Part shown: positions 46,341 through 55,106 of the stretch, piece after piece
Layout: each line of letters opens with the position of its first letter
How positions within the stretch are numbered: the stretch's first letter is position 1
NCBI GenBank assembly: GCA_964424485.1
Contig: CAYRJB010000001.1
Coordinates: 9,595-64,700, forward strand
Direction: 5' to 3'
From: an uncultured Actinomycetes bacterium
GTDB taxonomy: Bacteria > Actinomycetota > Actinomycetes > Nanopelagicales > Nanopelagicaceae
DNA: 55,106 bases
Notes under the pieces: model-generated
Database searches by the model: none
The model's input: the letters and a program-made list of their open reading frames with translations, nothing else
Told to the model about the DNA's origin: nothing
Position numbers and translations under genes: made by a program

Positions 46341-47591
46341 TTAAGGATAAAGACCACGCAATTTATGCGCCTCGGCGACTCGACCGACGCCGATCATCAT
46401 GGCCGCATCTCTCCACGTAACGTTTTTCGCATTAGAGATCGCCTCTACCTCTTTGATAGATCTCATCAAGATGTCATTGAGATTTGATTTCACTTCATCG
46501 ATAGTCCAGAAATAATTCTGTTTATCTTGAACCCATTCGAAGTAAGAGACAATAACGCCACCAGCATTTGCCAAGATGTCAGGAACTACAAGAATTCCCT
46601 TATCTTTCATGATGGCATCTGCGGCTGGAGTAGTTGGAGCATTTGCTCCCTCTACGACAATTTTTGCCTGTACTCCCCCTGCTGTGTGTTCGGTGAGCGC
46701 GTCAGCGAGCGCAGCAGGAACAAGCACATCGCACTTGAGGTGCAGAAGCTCTTCGTTAGACAACTTTGTAGTGCCTGGAGCATTGATATCTCCATTGGCT
46801 TTAAAGTGGTTCCAAACATCATCTACTTTATTGAAGCCAGTGACTCCTCCAGTGACATCAGAGATTGCAACAACTTTCATTCCCATTGATTCACACGCAA
46901 CTGCCGCCCAGTAACCCACTTTTCCAAATCCCTGGATGGCCACAGTTGCACCTTCGATAGGAATATTTCGAACCCGCAAAGCTTCGCGAACTGCAATTCC
47001 AACGCCATCACCGGTTGCACTGTTTCGGCCCAGCGATCCACCCAGAACAATCGGTTTACCGGTGACTACACCCGGTACCGAGAACCCGGCATTTACTGAA
47101 TATGTATCCATCATCCATGCCATGTTCCGTTCATCAGTCCCAACATCGGGTGCCGGAATATCTCGTTCAGGACCAATGATTGGAAGAATCTCAGATGTGT
47201 AACGTCTTGTGAGGCGTTCATTTTCTGGAATCGATAACTTTCCAGGATCTACTGCGATGCCACCTTTCGCCCCGCCATACGGCAAATTGGTGAGAGCACA
47301 TTTCCATGTCATGAGCATTGCAAGAGCAACTGTTTCATTCATATCGATATCGGGGTGAAAACGAATTCCACCCTTAGCAGGTCCACGCGTTGTGCTGTAC
47401 TGAACGCGATAGCCGTGATACATCTCAACATCGCCATTATCGCGACGTAGTGGAACAGCAACTTCTAGAACGCGGCGAGGCGTTGCGAGAGTTTGCCATT
47501 CATTATCTGAGAGATGAAGAAGTTTGACTGCCTCCTGTAGTTGCGCATGGGCAGTATCAAGCGCTGACTCCGTTGTCATGAAATTGAGCAT
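46341..47591 (-). CDS. gdhA: NAD(P)-specific glutamate dehydrogenase (Glu/Leu/Phe/Val dehydrogenase family)
   Basis: Catalytic region KGGIRF ... PYGGAKGG and Rossmann motif GFGKVG. The ORF opens at 47630, but ATG 47591 or 47579 avoids overlap with the divergent gene. Confidence 0.9.
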   Translation of the reverse strand: MLNFMTTESALDTAHAQLQEAVKLLHLSDNEWQTLATPRRVLEVAVPLRRDNGDVEMYHGYRVQYSTTRGPAKGGIRFHPDIDMNETVALAMLMTWKCALTNLPYGGAKGGIAVDPGKLSIPENERLTRRYTSEILPIIGPERDIPAPDVGTDERNMAWMMDTYSVNAGFSVPGVVTGKPIVLGGSLGRNSATGDGVGIAVREALRVRNIPIEGATVAIQGFGKVGYWAAVACESMGMKVVAISDVTGGVTGFNKVDDVWNHFKANGDINAPGTTKLSNEELLHLKCDVLVPAALADALTEHTAGGVQAKIVVEGANAPTTPAADAIMKDKGILVVPDILANAGGVIVSYFEWVQDKQNYFWTIDEVKSNLNDILMRSIKEVEAISNAKNVTWRDAAMMIGVGRVAEAHKLRGLYP

Positions 47592-47611
47592 ACTCTCGCT
47601 AGAGTGTCCAT

Positions 47612-48340
47612 GTGAACGAGTCAACGCCAAATAACACTCACGTAGAAGTGAAAGAGCTCATAACGCTCGAGGAACAACGTCTAGCTCGCGAAGTTTTTGA
47701 TGAAATCTGGCCCTTGGAAGGCATGGGAACAGAGATAACTCCCAATCTCTTACAAGCCATGGTTCATAGTGGTGCCTATCTGGCAGGTGCTTTTGTAGAC
47801 GGCAAAATTGCAGGTGCAACTTTCGGTTTTCCATCTATAGAACCCGAAGTTCATTTACATTCACATATGGCAGCAACTCTTAATAAGTACCGAGATCAAG
47901 GTATTGGAACTGCAATGAAGAGCCATCAGTACACATGGGCTCGAGAACATGGATACAAATCCATAACCTGGACCTTTGATCCATTGGTCAGACGTAACGC
48001 CAAACTCAATATCGTTAAGTTAGGTGTTGACATCATTGGCTACTACCCCAATTTCTATGGAAATATGCCCGATGCGCTCAACGCCGGAGATGAGTCTGAT
48101 CGGATTATGGTGCGTTGGGATCTAGAGGATGAGACTCCACTTTCACGGCCACTAGTTACCAAATACCCTGAGGATTGCATTCGCATAGCAATACCAGAAG
48201 ACATCACAGAACTTCGGCGTACTGATCCTGCCAAAGCCAAAGAATGGCGCCAGAATGTGCGTCTAGTTTTCACCAAAGCTCTCGCAAACAAACGTGAGTT
48301 GGTTGGATTTTCAGAAAATAACGAATACATTCTTGCTTAA
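47612..48340 (+). CDS. GNAT-family N-acyltransferase with C-terminal extension (possible amino-acid N-succinyl/acetyltransferase)
   Basis: Acyl-CoA binding motif R-x-x-G-x-G (YRDQGIGTAM) in a ~150-aa GNAT core, followed by a ~90-aa extension. GTG start; GTG 47648 is an alternative. Lies immediately upstream of the NSAR/OSBS gene. Confidence 0.7.
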   Translation: MNESTPNNTHVEVKELITLEEQRLAREVFDEIWPLEGMGTEITPNLLQAMVHSGAYLAGAFVDGKIAGATFGFPSIEPEVHLHSHMAATLNKYRDQGIGTAMKSHQYTWAREHGYKSITWTFDPLVRRNAKLNIVKLGVDIIGYYPNFYGNMPDALNAGDESDRIMVRWDLEDETPLSRPLVTKYPEDCIRIAIPEDITELRRTDPAKAKEWRQNVRLVFTKALANKRELVGFSENNEYILA

Positions 48341-48359
48341 TTGAAATGATGGTGAAGAT

Positions 48360-49466
48360 ATGAAGATTAAAGAGTTTGAGATTCGCACAATCCAACTTCC
48401 ACTAGTTCGCCCTTTTCGAACTTCATTTGGCACACAGACTGCACGCGAGCTAGTTGTCATCAAGGTGACTAATGAGAATGGCACTGTCGGATGGGCCGAA
48501 AATGTAGCGATGTCTGAGCCTCTTTATTCACCTGAGTATGTTGCGGCATCTATCGATCTCACAAAGCGATTTCTGATTCCTAAGCTTTTCTCAGTCGAAG
48601 AATTTCGTGCTGAAGATGTAGCTGATTTACTTTCTCCCTATCTTGGCGCACCGATGGCAAAAGCAGCCCTAGAAACTGCAATCTTGGACGCACAGTTGAG
48701 AGATGAGAATAGATCGCTTGCAAATTATCTTGGAGCGGTTAAAGATAAAGTTGAGTGTGGCGTATCAGTGGGTATTGCGCCTTCCATTGATCAACTGAAA
48801 GAAGAAGTCAGTTCTTATGTGGATGCTGGCTATCGCCGGATCAAATTAAAAATTGAGCCGGGTTGGGACTATGAACCAACGAAAGTGATTCGTGAAATGT
48901 TCCCCAATATGCGCCTCCAAGTTGACGCCAATCAGGCTTACACACGAAACGATGGCGAACTTCTGGCTCGTCTAGACGAATTTGGTTTACTACTTATTGA
49001 ACAACCGCTTGATGAACACGATGTACTCGGTCACGCTGAACTTGCGAAGAAAGTGAAGACTCCAATCTGTCTAGATGAATCCATTATCTCCTTGCAATCT
49101 GCAGAAGATGCACTTGCTCTCAAGGCAACAACGGTTATTAATATCAAGCCCGGTCGCGTTGGAGGCTATCTCGAATCAGTGAAGATTCATGATTTATGTG
49201 TTGCAAACAAGATTCCAGTGTGGTGTGGAGGAATGCTAGAGACAGGTATCGGCAGATCCGCCAATCTCGCTCTTGCAGCAATGCCTGGATTTACCTTGCC
49301 TGGAGATACATCGGCCTCATCTAGGTACTTCAAAACTGACGTCACAGATCCATTCATTATGAATGATGGCTATATCGACGTTCCCCAGGGACCTGGTATC
49401 GGTGTGACGCCACATATTGATTTCCTCGATGAAATCACGACTTATAAAGAAGTAATTACTAAATAA
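48360..49466 (+). CDS. N-succinylamino acid racemase / o-succinylbenzoate synthase (enolase superfamily, NSAR/OSBS subfamily)
   Basis: 368 aa, collinear with Amycolatopsis N-acylamino acid racemase. Catalytic/metal residues lie in KLKIEPGWD, QVDANQAY, IEQPL, LDESI and NIKPGRVGG. Confidence 0.88.
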   Translation: MKIKEFEIRTIQLPLVRPFRTSFGTQTARELVVIKVTNENGTVGWAENVAMSEPLYSPEYVAASIDLTKRFLIPKLFSVEEFRAEDVADLLSPYLGAPMAKAALETAILDAQLRDENRSLANYLGAVKDKVECGVSVGIAPSIDQLKEEVSSYVDAGYRRIKLKIEPGWDYEPTKVIREMFPNMRLQVDANQAYTRNDGELLARLDEFGLLLIEQPLDEHDVLGHAELAKKVKTPICLDESIISLQSAEDALALKATTVINIKPGRVGGYLESVKIHDLCVANKIPVWCGGMLETGIGRSANLALAAMPGFTLPGDTSASSRYFKTDVTDPFIMNDGYIDVPQGPGIGVTPHIDFLDEITTYKEVITK

Positions 49467-49550
49467 TTTCAATTTAGCTATACCCAAATTGAACTCCACC
49501 TAATACCGTTATCCCCTTGTTAAATACAAGACATATCGGAGAGGTTAAAG

Positions 49551-50927
49551 ATGGCGCTCAATAAAGATCCGCACTCATTCACCAAGATCACTCTTGATGA
49601 GAGTGAAATGCCCACACAGTGGTACAACATCATCCCAGATCTACCTTCACCACCTCCACCTCCACTACATCCTGGAACCTTGCAACCGGTAGGCCCCGAG
49701 GATTTAGCTCCCCTCTTTCCTATGGATTTAATTCTGCAAGAAGTTTCAACTGATTCTTATATTGATATTCCGGGTGAAGTTCTCGATGTATATCGTCAGT
49801 GGCGTCCATCCCCACTTTATCGCGCGCGCAATCTCGAGAAACATTTGGGAACACCTGCTCGCATTTATTACAAGTATGAAGGTGTATCTCCTGCTGGTTC
49901 ACACAAGACAAACACTTCAGTTCCTCAAGCTTTCTACAACAAGAAAGCTGGAATCAAAAAAATTACGACAGAGACAGGCGCAGGCCAATGGGGAACTGCT
50001 CTCTCCTATGCTTGCGCACTCTTTGACATGGAGTGTGAAGTCTGGCAGGTGGGTGGCTCCTATGACATGAAGCCTTACCGCAGATTAATGATGGAAGTTT
50101 TTGGCGCGACAGTTCACCGTTCACCTTCGCAGCTCACAGAAGCTGGACGTAAACTTGCTGCTGATCCAAAAAATATGTCTGGCTCTCTCGGCATAGCTAT
50201 TTCCGAAGCAGTTGAGGTTGCCGCACAGGATCCCAATGCTGCATATGCGCTCGGTTCTGTTCTCAACCATGTTCTCCTCCATCAAACAATCATTGGTGAG
50301 GAGGCGTTGCTTCAATTGGCAAAGATTGGCGAAACACCAGATCTCCTTGTTGGTTGTACGGGAGGAGGTTCTAATTTTGCTGGGCTCTCGTTCCCATTCC
50401 TACGCGAAAAATTAAAGGGCAAGATGAATCCCGAGATTCGCGCAGTTGAACCTGCTTCATGCCCCTCGCTGACCAAGGGCAAATATGCTTATGACTTCGG
50501 TGATACCGCTGGGATGACTCCCCTTATGAAAATGCACACCCTTGGCCATGATTTCATTCCAGATCCGATTCATGCTGGTGGGCTTCGTTATCACGGCATG
50601 GCACCTCTTATAAGCCATATCTATGAACTTGGGCTAATGAGCGCTGAAACAGTGCAACAGAAAGAATGTTTCTCTGCCGCAGTTCAATTTGCTCGCACTG
50701 AAGGAATTGTTCCTGCTCCAGAACCAACACACGCCATAGCAGTTGCAATTAAGGAAGCCTTAAAGGCAAAAGAGACTGGCGAAGAGAAAGTAATTCTCAC
50801 AGCCCTATGCGGACATGGTCACTTTGATCTGGCAGCTTATGATCAATTCCTCCATGGAGAGATGAAGGATTCAACTCTCTCTGAAAAAGATTTCGAGGCT
50901 GCTCTCGCGGCACTTCCAAAAATCTAG
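49551..50927 (+). CDS. TrpB-like PLP-dependent enzyme (TrpB2 family tryptophan synthase beta-like)
   Basis: 458 aa. The extended N-terminus and PLP-lysine motif GSHKTN are typical of TrpB2. GGAGAGG RBS. No other trp genes in the window. Confidence 0.88.
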   Translation: MALNKDPHSFTKITLDESEMPTQWYNIIPDLPSPPPPPLHPGTLQPVGPEDLAPLFPMDLILQEVSTDSYIDIPGEVLDVYRQWRPSPLYRARNLEKHLGTPARIYYKYEGVSPAGSHKTNTSVPQAFYNKKAGIKKITTETGAGQWGTALSYACALFDMECEVWQVGGSYDMKPYRRLMMEVFGATVHRSPSQLTEAGRKLAADPKNMSGSLGIAISEAVEVAAQDPNAAYALGSVLNHVLLHQTIIGEEALLQLAKIGETPDLLVGCTGGGSNFAGLSFPFLREKLKGKMNPEIRAVEPASCPSLTKGKYAYDFGDTAGMTPLMKMHTLGHDFIPDPIHAGGLRYHGMAPLISHIYELGLMSAETVQQKECFSAAVQFARTEGIVPAPEPTHAIAVAIKEALKAKETGEEKVILTALCGHGHFDLAAYDQFLHGEMKDSTLSEKDFEAALAALPKI

Positions 50928-50940
50928 TCTGAATCAAAAT

Positions 50941-50973
50941 AATAAAGCTTCGGTAATAAACCGGGGCTTTATT
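50941..50973. terminator. bidirectional intrinsic terminator-like hairpin
   Basis: AATAAAGC-tt-CGGT-aataa-ACCG-gg-GCTTTATT lies between the convergent TrpB2 and PAP2 genes, with A/T runs on both sides. The right arm overlaps the PAP2 stop codon. Confidence 0.65.
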
Positions 50974-51601
50974 ATTTGATTGACAAGTTTGGTTTTTCAA
51001 TTACAAACATGGTTGCCCAATAGACGCTAAATGCAACAAAGACACCCCCATAAATGTCGATCAAGAAATGCTGACCGAGAAAAACCGTTGCGGGAATTAT
51101 TAATAAAAACCAGGACATTAATATTGTCGCGGATAATTTAATTCTAGTTCGCAATCTCCATAGGGCAATAATTGAAATTACTGACCAAGTAACATGATTA
51201 GAAGGAAAACCATTCAACGGTTGGTCATTGCCGTAAACAACATGAACTAATATCCAATTTGTAATTCCAGATTCACTTACAGCTCGTCTTGGAACTTCCG
51301 TTTGAAAGAATGTATATGCGACATCGAGAGCGATTTGGCCAAAAATAATTGACAGACCATTGACCAAAAAAGCTTTCATGCCTCCATACTTATACGATAG
51401 AAAAGGGACGACAAATACCGCCAAAATATGAAAGCTTAGATATGGAATTACGAAGATGGAAATAATCGGAATTTTCTCATCAAGCCAACCTCGCATTATG
51501 AGCGGCGGGTATGCATAGTCAACTTTGTTATAAATTTCATAAGAAAGAAAAGCAAGAATCATGCCAAGATAAATTGAGGCGATTTTAATCCGAGTACCCA
51601 T
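50972..51601 (-). CDS. PAP2-superfamily membrane phosphatase/phosphotransferase-like protein
   Basis: Polytopic, 209 aa. PAP2-like motifs PSNH and H-x3-D (GQHFLIDIYGG). Confidence 0.7.
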   Translation of the reverse strand: MGTRIKIASIYLGMILAFLSYEIYNKVDYAYPPLIMRGWLDEKIPIISIFVIPYLSFHILAVFVVPFLSYKYGGMKAFLVNGLSIIFGQIALDVAYTFFQTEVPRRAVSESGITNWILVHVVYGNDQPLNGFPSNHVTWSVISIIALWRLRTRIKLSATILMSWFLLIIPATVFLGQHFLIDIYGGVFVAFSVYWATMFVIEKPNLSIK

Positions 51602-51635
51602 GTCGCAATCTTAAGCAACGTGATACGTTTTCAGC

Positions 51636-52442
51636 GTGAAACGCGTTGCAAGAATACAGATTCGAGGCCTTTCGGGTGAAGTACAACGCGTGCAAGTTGA
51701 TGGGCGAACAGTCGACTTTTGGTCGCCAAAAAATCCAACTCATCTCTTAATTGCTCATGATGGTAACAATGTATTTGATAAAAAGAGTTCCACACTTGGC
51801 GTCACTTGGAAGATGGCACAGAAGAGTTCCAAGGTATTTGAGAGGGCAGGGCTTACCTCTCCAGCAATCATTGGTATTTATCATCGGGGTGATGGGCCAA
51901 TGTCACATGGTCGACTTAGGGAATTAGCTCCACAACAACCATTTCAGAATGGTGTGAAAGTTCTCATTGATGCAGGCGTAGAATCTAAAGATCTGGTCGG
52001 AGATTTCTACCACCAACAGATTGCCGAAACTATCTTCCCTGAAATCGCAGCTGAAATTGGACTTGACTACTCTCCCACTCGCACAGCAATGATTGGTTCA
52101 AGTATGGGTGGGCTTGCAACTCTCTATGGATTTGGACTTCGTCCTCATCTTTTTCATACGGCACTTTCTTTTTCTACTCACTGGCCAATCGGCGGTATTC
52201 CTCTAGTAGATGCACTTATTGACAGGTTTCCTACTCCAGAAGAACATAAAGTTTGGATGAGTAGAGGGAGTAGGAAATTAGATAGCGGATATGGCCCTTT
52301 TCAAGATCATGCGAACAAGCGCATGGAGGAACTTGGTTGGGGCGCAAAATTTAGATATCGCTTTTATAAAGGTGCTGGCCACAACGAGCGAGCTTGGGCA
52401 AAACAAATTGAAGAAGCCTTCGAATTTTGGTTGGGGATGTAG
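51636..52442 (+). CDS. alpha/beta hydrolase, putative esterase family
   Basis: Nucleophile elbow GSSMGG, C-terminal GAGHNE His region, esterase-D-like layout. GTG start. Confidence 0.75.
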   Translation: MKRVARIQIRGLSGEVQRVQVDGRTVDFWSPKNPTHLLIAHDGNNVFDKKSSTLGVTWKMAQKSSKVFERAGLTSPAIIGIYHRGDGPMSHGRLRELAPQQPFQNGVKVLIDAGVESKDLVGDFYHQQIAETIFPEIAAEIGLDYSPTRTAMIGSSMGGLATLYGFGLRPHLFHTALSFSTHWPIGGIPLVDALIDRFPTPEEHKVWMSRGSRKLDSGYGPFQDHANKRMEELGWGAKFRYRFYKGAGHNERAWAKQIEEAFEFWLGM

Positions 52443-53147
52443 ATGGAAAAAATCTCATTTGTCACGGGCGGTTCTCGTGGTCTGGGTTTTGCAACCGCGC
52501 TTGGATTAAGCAACTTTGGTGTTAAACCAATTCTATTTTCAAAAGATACTTCTCGACTTTCTCACGCGGCCAATTTGCTCAATACAGACTTTCATCCTGT
52601 TGACTTAGAAAACACTCAAGAGACTATAAAAGTCTTCACATCTGCGATTGAGGAACATGGAATACCTGAAACTTTGGTTCTTGCGCACGGTGTTATGAGT
52701 GATCGAATGTCAAAAACTTTGAAAACTGATGTCCATGAGTGGCGCCGAGTAATGTCCATTAACTTGGATTCGGTCTTTACGATTGTTAATCTCGTTGGAA
52801 AGTTAATGGCTGAGGAGAGAAAAGGCAGAATAATTATTTATAGCGCTTGTTTAGGAAGAATGTCTGGACCTGGAAATGCGGGCGGTCTTGCTCCGTATCG
52901 CATTTCTAAAGCAGGCGTTAACGCTTTAGTAAGAAATTTAGCCCATGAGACAGGGCACGGCTCACGTGGATTTTTTGTCGATGCCATCTGCCCAAACCAT
53001 TCACGAACTGATATGGGTGGGCCAGATGCTCCAAGGTCAGCTGAGGAAGGTGCTGAAACTGCCATTTGGCTTGCAACTCGTGACTTATTACCTGGGCAAA
53101 CTCAAACTGGTTTTCTGTGGGAAGATCACGAAATTGTTCCCTGGTAA
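52443..53147 (+). CDS. SDR-family oxidoreductase
   Basis: Cofactor motif TGGSRGLG and catalytic YxxxK (YRISK). The start directly abuts the esterase stop. Confidence 0.85.
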   Translation: MEKISFVTGGSRGLGFATALGLSNFGVKPILFSKDTSRLSHAANLLNTDFHPVDLENTQETIKVFTSAIEEHGIPETLVLAHGVMSDRMSKTLKTDVHEWRRVMSINLDSVFTIVNLVGKLMAEERKGRIIIYSACLGRMSGPGNAGGLAPYRISKAGVNALVRNLAHETGHGSRGFFVDAICPNHSRTDMGGPDAPRSAEEGAETAIWLATRDLLPGQTQTGFLWEDHEIVPW

Positions 53148-53156
53148 TTTTTATAA

Positions 53157-53891
53157 CTAATTAATAAAGATTTCTAGTGGAATTTGAATCTGCTGATTTG
53201 ATTGTGTGGTAATTACTTCAGGAGACTCACTTAGCTGAATGACTCGTCCGGTTCCGTAGTGCGACCATTTTCCATCACTCAATACAAGAGCTGTATTTTC
53301 ATCGATTCCAATTTTGTATGAGTCTTTAGTTTCGCGTTCAACCAAATGTCGCACTGGTTTGGGCAAGCGACCAAAATAGCGATCATAATGAGGAAAAATT
53401 GAGAGTCTGGGAATTAGGTTCACTCCCTCAATCTCTTTGCCTAAAGGACCCCGAAAAGATGGAATTCTCGTTCCCATAAACATCGCGCCAGCACTACAAC
53501 CAGCAAGTGAAGTCCCTGTCATAAATTCTTTAACAATTAAATTCCAGACAACCGTGCCTCGGATAGATTCTGCAAGATAATGAGGATTTCCGCCTGAGAA
53601 GTAAATAAGAGATGCATTTGCAATTAGAACCGACCAATCTTTTTCGGCATCGGCTCGATTTCTAATATCCACAAATTTAGGTTCTACGCCGATTTTTTCT
53701 GCTTGGGCTTCGCCAAGCTTTTTCCAATAATCAATTCTCTCTTCCGACTCTTGACCAGCAGCGGTTGCAATTTGAACAAAGCCGCCATGCTTTCCTCGAG
53801 ACTTGCCTAGTTCAATCAACTTAGTCTCTAAGTCGATCATTGGTTCTGTGTATTCGCCTGAACCGACTAGCGCCAAAGCTCCATGCTTCAT
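53157..53891 (-). CDS. peptidase S51 / type 1 glutamine amidotransferase-like protein (cyanophycinase/dipeptidase E family)
   Basis: FSGGNPHYL and nucleophile region AGCSAGAM are typical of S51. 244 aa. Confidence 0.75.
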   Translation of the reverse strand: MKHGALALVGSGEYTEPMIDLETKLIELGKSRGKHGGFVQIATAAGQESEERIDYWKKLGEAQAEKIGVEPKFVDIRNRADAEKDWSVLIANASLIYFSGGNPHYLAESIRGTVVWNLIVKEFMTGTSLAGCSAGAMFMGTRIPSFRGPLGKEIEGVNLIPRLSIFPHYDRYFGRLPKPVRHLVERETKDSYKIGIDENTALVLSDGKWSHYGTGRVIQLSESPEVITTQSNQQIQIPLEIFIN

Positions 53892-54064
53892 TTTCTTTTA
53901 AGCCGCCTGACATCACGTCGGAGCTCTTTAAGCACTGCTTTATGTGCCTTGACCGACGGGCTTGTAGGAAAGATCCATTTCAAGAGTGGGATAAAAACAA
54001 AAATAAGAATAAAGAATCCACCCAGGCCAGTGAGAAATAGTGCCGTATTGATTCCACCAAGCAT
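53888..54064 (-). CDS. small membrane protein (58 aa, hypothetical; below the ORF-track size cutoff)
   Basis: Hand translation: MLGGINTALFLTGLGGFFILIFVFIPLLKWIFPTSPSVKAHKAVLKELRRDVRRLKRK*. One TM helix plus a basic tail. Its TGA overlaps the ATG of the S51 gene (ATGA). Confidence 0.5.
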   Translation of the reverse strand: MLGGINTALFLTGLGGFFILIFVFIPLLKWIFPTSPSVKAHKAVLKELRRDVRRLKRK

Positions 54065-54161
54065 GCTTTACCACCGCCCTTCTCATCGCGATTCAAGATA
54101 AGACTGTCATAGTTATCATGTAGATGTCATGGCCAGTCTAATATGAATAAACTATCGCTCT

Positions 54162-54959
54162 ATGTCTCGTTCAAATATTCAAAGATTTGGGTCAGGGAGT
54201 GTAAAAGTCGTCGCTATTCATGGACTAGGTTCCGCAGCAACCGCTTGGAAAACCCTCATTCCCCTTCTGCCAAATTCAATTGAATTTATTTCGATTGATT
54301 TGCCCGGGCACGGAAAATCATCTGTATTGGCGAGTCGGGATATGTCACCTGAATATCTTGCTCATTTCATCCTCGATGAACTTGAAGACCAAGGCTTAAT
54401 CGACCTTCATGTCATTGGCAACTCACTGGGTGGTTGGATCGGATTAGAGATGGCAGCCATGGCGCCTACCAGAATCAAATCAGTTACCGCTGTTGCGCCA
54501 GCAGGGTTCTGGATGCATCCTGCGGTAAAGAGAGATCCATATTTATTATCGAGTCGTTTTCTAGCAAGTCTCACTTACAGATTCGCGAAATTTCTAAGTA
54601 AATTCAAATTTATGCGTTGGCTTGGCTTCAGGCTAGTGAGTCCACAGTGGGAAAAATTCACTCCAGAGATATGTGCTGATGCCGCGATAGCCATGGGTGC
54701 ATCTAAAGGATACTTTCAAATCTGGGATGCATTACTAGGCTTGAAATTTAATAAAAAAGTCAAAGAATCCATTCCTGTGACAATAATATTTGGCGACAGC
54801 GACAACACATTGCCGGCATCTACATCTCAGGAGAAAAAACTCGCACCAGCTCATTCGCGTTGGGTGCGTCTTGAAAAATCAGGTCATGCTCCGATGTGGG
54901 ATCAGAGTGAGAAGGTAATGCGGCTTTTACTTGAGACAATCGAATTAGCTGAAAAATAA
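54162..54959 (+). CDS. alpha/beta hydrolase
   Basis: HGLGS oxyanion region, nucleophile elbow GNSLGG, C-terminal SGHAPM His motif. 265 aa. Confidence 0.8.
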   Translation: MSRSNIQRFGSGSVKVVAIHGLGSAATAWKTLIPLLPNSIEFISIDLPGHGKSSVLASRDMSPEYLAHFILDELEDQGLIDLHVIGNSLGGWIGLEMAAMAPTRIKSVTAVAPAGFWMHPAVKRDPYLLSSRFLASLTYRFAKFLSKFKFMRWLGFRLVSPQWEKFTPEICADAAIAMGASKGYFQIWDALLGLKFNKKVKESIPVTIIFGDSDNTLPASTSQEKKLAPAHSRWVRLEKSGHAPMWDQSEKVMRLLLETIELAEK

Positions 54960-55045
54960 CTCGCCAAAGTTGACGGTATTTTCAAAATTCGTTTTTCTAA
55001 TTAAATTTGGGTTCGTCGACTACAACATGACAGTGATTCCGATTG

Positions 55046-55106
55046 CGCGCTTGAAGGGATTCGAACCCCTAACCTTCTGATCCGTAGTCAGATGCTCTAT
55101 CCGTTG
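55046..55106 (-). tRNA. tRNA-Arg (anticodon ACG), 3' part only; 5' end lies beyond the window
   Basis: Reverse complement reads ...AACGGATA-GAGC-A-TCTGA-CTACGGA-TCAGA-AGGTT-AGGGG-TTCGAAT-CCCTT-CAAGCGC-G. CCA is not encoded. Confidence 0.85.

Overview
This 55.1-kb chromosomal window appears to come from a streamlined, moderately low-GC actinobacterium. That is an inference from protein similarity and gene order. The blocks acs / thioredoxin-like / nth / crp and lysS-coaX-panC-folK-folB-folP-folE-ftsH-hpt-tilS-PBP4 are arranged as I recall them in Mycobacterium and other Actinomycetota. Coding density is very high: about 57 CDS and 2 tRNAs. Many starts and stops overlap by 1-4 nt, some convergent genes have overlapping stop codons, and I see only two clear intrinsic terminators. 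I saw no transposase, integrase, phage, CRISPR or recognisable defence genes. The housekeeping content is: acs, nth, crp, cydABDC, a heterodimeric ABC exporter, dcp, argA-like GNAT, lysS, CoA/NAD/folate genes, ftsH, hpt, tilS, a RipA-like NlpC/P60 hydrolase, an ABC-2 transporter, ctaB, PBP4, guaB1 and gdh. The parts that are not ordinary housekeeping are listed below. (1) A self-contained, translationally coupled haem-copper oxidase module (41.1-46.2 kb). It is headed by a degenerate CuA-like cupredoxin paralogue, and its subunit I lacks the K-channel lysine. (2) An AT-richer three-gene operon (36.2-39.6 kb) encoding a Tat-exported atypical NodB-type deacetylase, a secreted beta-propeller and a stand-alone MprF/LysX-type aminoacyl-lipid synthase domain. 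(3) A 79-nt GC-rich irregular hairpin in the gdh 3' region. (4) A tRNA-Thr whose CCA end lies 1 nt from the only possible start of a DUF167 gene. (5) An orphan LuxR-type regulator at the end of the cyd string. (6) A GNAT plus N-succinylamino-acid racemase/OSBS pair, followed by a stand-alone TrpB2. (7) An untracked 58-codon membrane ORF coupled to an S51 peptidase. Nothing here is proven novel from sequence alone, and each claim states what would test it.
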